Below are positions 48,769 through 55,529 of a DNA stretch of 55,529 bases, one piece after another. The translations under genes and the position numbers were made by a program. Position 1 is the first letter of the stretch, and every line of letters starts with the position of its first letter. The stretch is from positions 1 to 55,529 of the IMG/VR virus record IMGVR_UViG_3300034104_002925; one strand, given 5' to 3'. The notes below the pieces were generated by a model, which saw only the letters and a program-made list of their open reading frames with translations, was not told the DNA's origin and searched no databases. The stretch comes from a virus (taxonomy: Duplodnaviria; Caudoviricetes).

Positions 48769-49368
48769 ATGGAACTATTCACAGATTACATAGACCTTAT
48801 TAGACTTGGAATATCAAGTCTCGTCACACTCTTGGGTGTGTTTTTGTCTTGGTTCCTAAAGTATAAGTACGGTGAATATAAACATAAGAAAGTTACCCGT
48901 GAGATTTCACAATCAAAGTTAGTTCAAACAATCCTTGAACAACAGCTACACGAGTATGGGTGTCAACGTGCTTTTATTCTTCAACGCCACAACGGTGGTA
49001 AATTCAAAACAGGTCGTTCTATGAACAAGCTATCAACAACCTTTGAGGCACTTGAAGAAGGAGTTAGCACAGAGTTCAAAGAATACCAAAATCTACCAAC
49101 AACACTTTATTCTAGTTTAGTTGATTCAGTTCAAACCGAACGTGCCATATTCCCATCAGTAGACGATATAGATGATATACTAACAAGAGCCTTCTTTACA
49201 CAACGTGGAACGAAGTCTGCTGTTGTATATCCAATTATGCGTGGTGTAGAATTGATGGGTATTGTTGGATTTGAATGGACACATAAAGCTAAAAACATGG
49301 AGAGTTCTTTTGTTGAACTCAAACACGACGGTAAAGTTATAGGAGAAACCCTTTCCAAATTATTGTAG
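48769..49368 (+). CDS. N-terminal TM plus GAF-like domain protein (T4 holin T-like architecture)
   Basis: LGISSLVTLLGVFLSWFL TM; RAFILQRHNGG...GTKSAVVYPI..GVELMGIVGFEW. Confidence 0.6.
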   Translation: MELFTDYIDLIRLGISSLVTLLGVFLSWFLKYKYGEYKHKKVTREISQSKLVQTILEQQLHEYGCQRAFILQRHNGGKFKTGRSMNKLSTTFEALEEGVSTEFKEYQNLPTTLYSSLVDSVQTERAIFPSVDDIDDILTRAFFTQRGTKSAVVYPIMRGVELMGIVGFEWTHKAKNMESSFVELKHDGKVIGETLSKLL

Positions 49369-49376
49369 GAGTTTTT

Positions 49377-50099
49377 ATGATAAATGAAAATGTAGAAGAA
49401 TACGTTGTTGATGAAGAAGTTACGGGTATTGAAGTTTCAGGTATAAAGAAAGGGAGGAAACAAATAAAAAACAAGATACATTTCAACTTATCGTTGAATG
49501 CAGAACAAAAAGAAGTAAAGGCTAATATACTGAGAGATACCATCTCTGTTTTAACAGGGAAAGCTGGTTCGGGAAAAACGTTACTTGCAACACAAATTGC
49601 TCTTGAATATCTTTTCTATCGTGAAGTTGAACGAATCATCATTACAAGACCAACGGTTTCCAACGAAGATATTGGATTCTTACCGGGTGATATAAAAGAA
49701 AAAATGAATCCTTGGGTGGCTCCAATTCATGCAAATATGTATATGTTATATGGTAAGCCAAAAATTGAAAAACTTATAAATGAAAACACAATTGAAATTG
49801 CACCAATTTCATTCCTTCGTGGTAGAACATTTGTAAATGCTTGTGTTATAGTTGATGAAGCACAGAACGTAACGAAATCTCAGATGGAGATGATTCTTTC
49901 TCGTCTCGGTACAAATTCTAAAATGTTAATTTGTGGTGATGTAACACAGACCGATTTAAAGAATAAGAAAGACTCTGGTTTCCCATATTTATTTAATATG
50001 GTCAGCTCTGTCCCTGGACTTGGTGTGTACGAACTAAAAACAAATCACCGTCATCCAATAGTTGACAATATATTGAACTATTTTGAAGAACAGAAATAA
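49377..50099 (+). CDS. phoH: PhoH-family ATPase
   Basis: GKAGSGKT, IGFLPG, RGRTF, IVDEAQN, GDVTQTD, RHP. Confidence 0.95.
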   Translation: MINENVEEYVVDEEVTGIEVSGIKKGRKQIKNKIHFNLSLNAEQKEVKANILRDTISVLTGKAGSGKTLLATQIALEYLFYREVERIIITRPTVSNEDIGFLPGDIKEKMNPWVAPIHANMYMLYGKPKIEKLINENTIEIAPISFLRGRTFVNACVIVDEAQNVTKSQMEMILSRLGTNSKMLICGDVTQTDLKNKKDSGFPYLFNMVSSVPGLGVYELKTNHRHPIVDNILNYFEEQK

Positions 50100-50108
50100 G
50101 AGAAATAA

Positions 50109-51260
50109 ATGGTAGAAATTCCAATTTGGCCGGGTTCAAGCTCCTTTACAACTGGAAGCACACCGTTCGGATTTTTTGATGCCGAGGCATCGTTTCGAAC
50201 TGATGCCGATAATGTTGCTGATTGGTGTGCAAAACGTCTTGGTTATCCACTTGTGGATATAGAACTTCAAGCTGGTAATTTCTATGCTTGTTTTGAAGAA
50301 GCAATATCGGAGTATTCTAACCATGTAAATCAATTTAATATTCAACAGAATATGTTGAGTATCATGGGAACATCGGTTGACAACAATTTAACACACCAAA
50401 ATGTTTCAACCAACATGGGCGGTTTAATTCAGTTGGCTACGGAATATGGCTCGGAAACATTTACAAACGGTAATGTAAAGTTTCATTCTGCATCTATTGA
50501 CATAACAATGAATAGACAACGATATGACCTTGATTCGATAATTCGAAATGTGTATACCCCAACAAGTTCAATCGAAATCAAAAGAGTTCATCATTATGCA
50601 CCACCGGCATCTATTCGATTCTATGACCCATACTTGGGTAATCAGGCGATGTTAGATACATTCGGATTTGGTGCATACTCAACAGGTGTTTCATTCATGT
50701 TGATGCCGATGTATGCCGACTTACTTCGTGTTCAAGCTATCGAATTTAATGATGTGATGAGAAAATCATCTTATTCATTTGAACTTATTGATAATGAACT
50801 TCGTATATTCCCTATCCCAGTTAGAGATTTCAAATTGTGGATTGAATATATCGTTAAAGAAGAACGTTCAAATCCTTTAAAATACCAACCGATTTCTGGT
50901 TCTGGTGTTTCTGGTCTTGTATCGGATATGTCTAATGCACCATATAACAGAATGCAATATGGTAAGATAAACTCGGTAGGTCGTCAATGGATTTACCGTT
51001 ATACACTTGCTCTTGTAAAGGAAAACTTGGGATATATTCGTGGTAAGTATGGAAGTATTCCAATTCCAAATGGAGAAACCACACTTAATGCCGCCGACTT
51101 ATTATCAGCAGCTGGTACAGAAAAACAATCACTTGTGGAAGAATTAAGAACAATGTTGGATACAATGACTCGTTCTAAACTTCTTGAAGCAAAACGTGCA
51201 GAAGTAGAATCATTGAACGTTTCTTTGAATGCAACACCACTCAAAATCTACATAGGATAA
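50109..51260 (+). CDS. gp13: neck protein (T4 gp13-like)
   Basis: KRLGYPLVDIEL, WIYRYTLALVKENLGYIRGKY..IPIPNGETTLNA; synteny. Confidence 0.8.
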   Translation: MVEIPIWPGSSSFTTGSTPFGFFDAEASFRTDADNVADWCAKRLGYPLVDIELQAGNFYACFEEAISEYSNHVNQFNIQQNMLSIMGTSVDNNLTHQNVSTNMGGLIQLATEYGSETFTNGNVKFHSASIDITMNRQRYDLDSIIRNVYTPTSSIEIKRVHHYAPPASIRFYDPYLGNQAMLDTFGFGAYSTGVSFMLMPMYADLLRVQAIEFNDVMRKSSYSFELIDNELRIFPIPVRDFKLWIEYIVKEERSNPLKYQPISGSGVSGLVSDMSNAPYNRMQYGKINSVGRQWIYRYTLALVKENLGYIRGKYGSIPIPNGETTLNAADLLSAAGTEKQSLVEELRTMLDTMTRSKLLEAKRAEVESLNVSLNATPLKIYIG

Positions 51261-51264
51261 ACCG

Positions 51265-51792
51265 ATGCCATTATTTCACGGAAGACGAGATGCCTCACTA
51301 GTTCACAAAATTAACACGGAACTTATAGTTGACATTATAGATACCGAAGTTGGTTTGTATAAGTTATCTCTTCAAGAAACAAAGACAAATATTTACGATG
51401 AATCTGATAAAAAGATTTATCACCAACCCATTAGAATGCCATCACTGATTAATCGTCAAGAACAAACATACGAAGGAACTGAATTCGGACAAGATTATAC
51501 TCAAGTATGTGATTTTGGATTTATCCGTGAGTTACTAAAGGAATATGAAACGTATGTTGAAGTTGGTGATGTTATAGAATACAATGGAGAATATTGGGAA
51601 GTTGATGCAATTCAGGAAAATCAATACTTCGGTGGTAAGAATCCTGATTATTCTTTTTCAACGGAAAGATGGGGACATAACGTCTCTATTATAGCCAATA
51701 CACACTTGACAAGACGTTCCAGAATCCATGTGGAAGAAGTTCGTTCTGCTCCAAGAATTAATGAAAATAATGATTTACCAAGTAATATCTAA
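51265..51792 (+). CDS. neck/head-closure protein (T4 gp14-like)
   Basis: NIYDES and EVGDVIEY..EYWEV; lies between gp13-like and gp15-like genes. Confidence 0.65.
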   Translation: MPLFHGRRDASLVHKINTELIVDIIDTEVGLYKLSLQETKTNIYDESDKKIYHQPIRMPSLINRQEQTYEGTEFGQDYTQVCDFGFIRELLKEYETYVEVGDVIEYNGEYWEVDAIQENQYFGGKNPDYSFSTERWGHNVSIIANTHLTRRSRIHVEEVRSAPRINENNDLPSNI

Positions 51793-52742
51793 TGAAAAAC
51801 TCATCCCCATATCGTAAAGCTCCGATAAAAAGAACAAGAGATTCTTTTATTGATGATACAAATTCTTCTGAAAATCCAAGAATTGATTTTGGTCAATCAC
51901 GTCACACACAAGTTCGTAGAGACACAGATAAAAAAAGAAGTCTCGGTATAACACTTTATGACATTGATTTTGCGGTAAAGTCTTTTATAGACCAAACAAT
52001 GCAATTAAGAATAGAAGATAATGGTCAACTTATAGAAGTTCCAACATTGTATGCTAATTCTGAAAAATGGACTTCTATTCAAAGAAACGGGTATCTGAAA
52101 GACAAGAAAGGTAAAACACTAGTTCCACTTATAACGTTTAGACGTTCTGGTGTAAACATGAAACAACAGTTGAGACGTAATAAGGTTGCATCGAGTGGTC
52201 AACTTGCATACGTTATGAAACAAAAATACAATCAGCTTTCTCCATATGATAGGTTTTCATCATTATATGGAACAAGAGCACCACAGGAGTATTTTGTAAC
52301 ACCAATACCTGACTATGTTGACATAACCTATGATTTTATTCTTTGGTGTGAATACCAATCTCAATTAAACGAGCTTGTAGAACAATTTGTTTATTACGGT
52401 GGAAAGTCTTTCGGTGAAAAGAATTTCTTTAAGTTTGCATCTTCGTTGGAATCGTTAAACATGGAAGATTCAAATTCAACTGGACAAGACAGACTCGTTA
52501 GAGCAAACTTTCAGTTGATGATTCACGCATATCTATTACCAAAGAGTGTTGCTGGAGAAGTAACCACAAAAAGAGTCGTCGCTCCAAATAAGATAGTCTT
52601 TGAATCGGAAACATCAAGAGATATTAATGGTGCAATTCGTCAAAACCAAGAACTTTATGGTGGAGACCCATTCAAGTCTTTGAATCAAGATAAGGAAGAA
52701 ATTGCAGATGATTTACAAAGAAGACTACGTGATAATCCGTAG
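51792..52742 (+). CDS. tail completion/sheath stabiliser (T4 gp15-like)
   Basis: VPTLYANSEKW, PLITFRR, PDYVDITYDFILW...LNELVEQ; synteny. Confidence 0.65.
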   Translation: MKNSSPYRKAPIKRTRDSFIDDTNSSENPRIDFGQSRHTQVRRDTDKKRSLGITLYDIDFAVKSFIDQTMQLRIEDNGQLIEVPTLYANSEKWTSIQRNGYLKDKKGKTLVPLITFRRSGVNMKQQLRRNKVASSGQLAYVMKQKYNQLSPYDRFSSLYGTRAPQEYFVTPIPDYVDITYDFILWCEYQSQLNELVEQFVYYGGKSFGEKNFFKFASSLESLNMEDSNSTGQDRLVRANFQLMIHAYLLPKSVAGEVTTKRVVAPNKIVFESETSRDINGAIRQNQELYGGDPFKSLNQDKEEIADDLQRRLRDNP

Positions 52743-52766
52743 TATGATTTCTAGAAAAAAATCACT

Positions 52767-52774
52767 ATATTTAT
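52767..52774 (+). promoter_or_regulatory. putative late promoter ATATTTAT
   Basis: Recurrent motif. Confidence 0.7.
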
Positions 52775-52805
52775 AGATATACAGTTTTATTAATGTGAGG
52801 TTTTT

Positions 52806-53090
52806 ATGTCAGAACAAATTGAAAAAGAATTTGAACAGCCAGATATTGAGTCTGTCAAAGAATTACAATCAAATTACGCCACAACAACGGCACAAATCGG
52901 TCAGATAGAAGTCGAACTTCATCTGTTAAAGAAACGATTAGAAGAAGTTGAAGGTATCCGAGAAGAATTGTTTAAAAATTACGAGTCAATTCAACTTAGA
53001 GAAAAGGAACTCGTTCAAAACCTAAATGAAAAATACGGAGATGGTGTCCTTGATTTAGATTCTGGAAGATTTATTTCATCAGGTCAATAA
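52806..53090 (+). CDS. small coiled-coil hypothetical protein
   Basis: GAGG SD; LNEKYGDGVLDLDSGRF C-terminus. Confidence 0.8.
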   Translation: MSEQIEKEFEQPDIESVKELQSNYATTTAQIGQIEVELHLLKKRLEEVEGIREELFKNYESIQLREKELVQNLNEKYGDGVLDLDSGRFISSGQ

Positions 53091-53107
53091 TTTGGATTTT
53101 TTTTTCT

Positions 53108-53115
53108 ATATTTAT
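53108..53115 (+). promoter_or_regulatory. putative late promoter ATATTTAT
   Basis: Upstream of the tail sheath gene. Confidence 0.7.
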
Positions 53116-53152
53116 ATCAGAGACGATTATATCATTTTTTTGGAGATAAATA

Positions 53153-55529
53153 GTGGCTAATGAAAGAATTGTAAGTCCTGGCGTGTTTACAGTCGAAAAG
53201 GATCTTTCGTTCTTACCACAAGGAATCGGAGCAATCGGTGCTGCCCTTATAGGACCAACCCTTAAAGGACCAGCATTTGTTCCAACTTTGGTAGAAGGAT
53301 ACAACGACTTTGTAACAAAATTTGGTGGAGGTTATGAACAATCATACCTTCCTTATACCGCTAAGAGCTATCTAACTAATGCCGGTAGTGCAACTATCGT
53401 GCGAGTTCTTGGTTCGGGTGGTTATTCACTCAAGCACCCTCTTGCTATCGTTGCTACTGGTAGCTATGGTAAGAGATTAATTTCTGTACTTCACCCAACA
53501 TTTGTTGTAACAAATGCATCTGCTGATTCATTGTTTGCTAGTTCGTTACTTGCATCAAATAACAGTGGTTCATTTGTTCTTACTGTTTCTGGTGGATTCA
53601 CAACAGACACATCCGCATTTACAGGAAATGCCGTATCAGAAAACGGAACTCCATTCAGTGCATCTATCAATCCTGAAAGCACCTCGTTTATTGGTGACCT
53701 TTATGGATATGGTGCTTATGGAACACACGCTGTTTACAACTATGTTTCATTTGCAAAAGCCGCTTCTGCTTCATTGGCAACAGACGGTGCAACAACAATT
53801 ATTATTGAAACAGGTTCTGCGTCAACACCACCTTGGGATTTCACAACAGATTATCTTGAAGCATTCACACCATATATAACTTCACAAAAAGTTGGTGCAG
53901 CTTCAACAAATCTCTTCCGTTTTGCAACACTTTCACACGGTATTCATGCAAACTATGAAGTTAAGATTGGTATCGCAAACATTCGTGCTGCTGGTACAAT
54001 CGCTGGTTCTGAGTATGGTGACTTCGATGTTGTTGTACGATTTGTAGACCAATCAAAGGTTGTTGGTACTCCATTTACATATGAAGATGAAGATCTTCGT
54101 CCAAACATCGTTGAAACATTCAAGTGTAATCTTGACCCTAACTCACCACGTTATATCGCTCGTGTTATTGGTGACAGATATGTAACAATCACAGACGAAG
54201 GTAAAGTTGTTGTAAACGGCGATTACTCTAACAAGTCAAAGTACATTCGTGTTGAAGTAACAGACGCAGTTGCAAACGGAGCAATTTCACAAAATCTTGT
54301 TCCTTTTGGATTCCGTGCCCTCACATCAACAGTTCCTTCAGCATTCACACAACCACTTTCTGCTTCGTTTGTAACAAGTCAAACAGCCGGTGGTGCTTAT
54401 AATCGTCGTGTATATTTCGGATTTAATTATGATTTTGCTAACACAGACAACTTCAATTATCTCCGTCCACTTCCAATAACTGCAAATCAGACAACTGGAA
54501 GCAATGCAGATTTCTACTTGAGCAATTATACTCAGAATGTTGGTGCTAACTATCCATCATCAACATCTCCTTATACTGGTTCCATCAACCTTACAACAAA
54601 CACATCGCTTGATTCACGTAAGTTCATGGTTCCATTCCAAGGCGGATTTGATGGACACAAGCCAAATCTTCAGAAGAAAGTTGGTACATACATCGTTGCT
54701 GGTAATACTCAAGGATTTGACATCTCTTCAACATCTGCTGCTGGTTACACATCATACAAGAAGGCACTTGATGCTGTATCAAACGCTGATGAATTTGACA
54801 TCAACATGATTGTAACACCGGGTGTTGTTCACGCATTACACTCAGCAGTTACAACATATGCAAAGGATGTTTGTGAAGATCGTGGTGACGCTTTCTATGT
54901 AATGGATTCGGTTGGTTTGGATGACAACATCGCTACAGCAGTATCTACTGTTGAAGGTTTAGACACAAACTATGCCGCTACTTACTATCCTTGGGTCAAG
55001 ATTATTGACTTCGAACGTAACAAGCCAGTTTGGGTTCCACCTTCTGTTGTTCTTCCGGGTGTTATTGCATTCAATGACCGTGTTTCTGCTGAATGGTTCG
55101 CACCAGCTGGTTTGAATCGCGGTGGTCTTACAGAAGTTGTTGAAGTAAAGACACGTCTAACACAAACAGAACGTGATGACTTATATGATGCTAGAATCAA
55201 CCCAATCGCAGTATTCCCATCAACAGGAGTATGTGTATGGGGTCAGAAGACACTTCAAGGTAAGCCGTCTGCTCTTGACCGTATCAACGTTCGTCGTCTC
55301 TTGATTGCAGCTAAGAAGTTCATCGCATCTGCTACACGTTACCTTGTGTTCGAACAAAACACAACACAAACACGTACACGATTCCTGAACATCGTTACTC
55401 CTTATCTTGAGTCAATCCAACAACGTCAAGGTCTTTATGCCTTCCGCGTTATCATGGATGAGTCGAACAACACACCTGACATCATCGACCGTAACATTCT
55501 TTATGGTCAGTTGTACCTACAACCTGCTA
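53153..55529 (+). CDS. gp18: contractile tail sheath protein (T4 gp18-like), 3'-truncated; absent from the ORF track
   Basis: GGAG SD plus GTG start: MANERIVSPGVFTVEKDLS...IGPTLKGP; later YYPWV, VPPS, WFAPAGLNRG, INPI, VWGQKTL, DRINVRRL, FEQN. Confidence 0.95.
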   Translation, partial: MANERIVSPGVFTVEKDLSFLPQGIGAIGAALIGPTLKGPAFVPTLVEGYNDFVTKFGGGYEQSYLPYTAKSYLTNAGSATIVRVLGSGGYSLKHPLAIVATGSYGKRLISVLHPTFVVTNASADSLFASSLLASNNSGSFVLTVSGGFTTDTSAFTGNAVSENGTPFSASINPESTSFIGDLYGYGAYGTHAVYNYVSFAKAASASLATDGATTIIIETGSASTPPWDFTTDYLEAFTPYITSQKVGAASTNLFRFATLSHGIHANYEVKIGIANIRAAGTIAGSEYGDFDVVVRFVDQSKVVGTPFTYEDEDLRPNIVETFKCNLDPNSPRYIARVIGDRYVTITDEGKVVVNGDYSNKSKYIRVEVTDAVANGAISQNLVPFGFRALTSTVPSAFTQPLSASFVTSQTAGGAYNRRVYFGFNYDFANTDNFNYLRPLPITANQTTGSNADFYLSNYTQNVGANYPSSTSPYTGSINLTTNTSLDSRKFMVPFQGGFDGHKPNLQKKVGTYIVAGNTQGFDISSTSAAGYTSYKKALDAVSNADEFDINMIVTPGVVHALHSAVTTYAKDVCEDRGDAFYVMDSVGLDDNIATAVSTVEGLDTNYAATYYPWVKIIDFERNKPVWVPPSVVLPGVIAFNDRVSAEWFAPAGLNRGGLTEVVEVKTRLTQTERDDLYDARINPIAVFPSTGVCVWGQKTLQGKPSALDRINVRRLLIAAKKFIASATRYLVFEQNTTQTRTRFLNIVTPYLESIQQRQGLYAFRVIMDESNNTPDIIDRNILYGQLYLQPA

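Noticed and set aside
53071-55200. Several short ORFs listed at the window end
   Set aside because: All lie within or antisense to the unlisted, open-ended tail sheath ORF starting at 53153
1-55529. Stop-codon reassignment, tRNAs, introns/inteins or mobile elements
   Set aside because: Core genes are full length in code 11 and TAA, TAG and TGA all act as stops; terminase, portal and MCP appear uninterrupted; no tRNA cloverleaf, transposase or homing endonuclease motif was recognised

Overview
This is the virion-structure region of a large T4-like myovirus. All credible genes are on the + strand and read in the standard code. In order: (1) 1-13.2 kb is a fibre/adhesin module with two Gly-X-Y Ser/Thr/Ala collagen-like fibres, LamG-like lectins, a 21-repeat RCC1 protein and a tail-fibre chaperone, interrupted by a glycosyltransferase/methyltransferase/glycosyltransferase cassette. 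(2) 13.2-19.5 kb holds probable internal head proteins and lysis-type membrane proteins. (3) 19.5-30.5 kb is the head module: terminase, portal, prohead protease, scaffold and major capsid protein, with ribosomal protein bS21 and an ADP-ribosyltransferase embedded. (4) 30.5-48.7 kb is an AT-rich island of three 'promoter + small gene(s) + giant gene' units (1657, 1544 and 2146 aa). (5) 48.8-55.5 kb holds a TM-GAF protein, PhoH, neck/tail-completion genes and a truncated tail sheath. A recurring (A/C)TATTTAT motif marks the likely late promoters. The most interesting leads are a candidate virion glycosylation system ([ST]-[GAS]-S motif in surface segments plus phage glycosyltransferases), the three-unit giant-gene island, a bS21 in a phage whose genes carry Shine-Dalgarno sites, and protease-processed capsid cargo including a nucleotidyltransferase/ligase-like polyprotein. 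All family assignments come from motif recognition by eye; no database searches were run.
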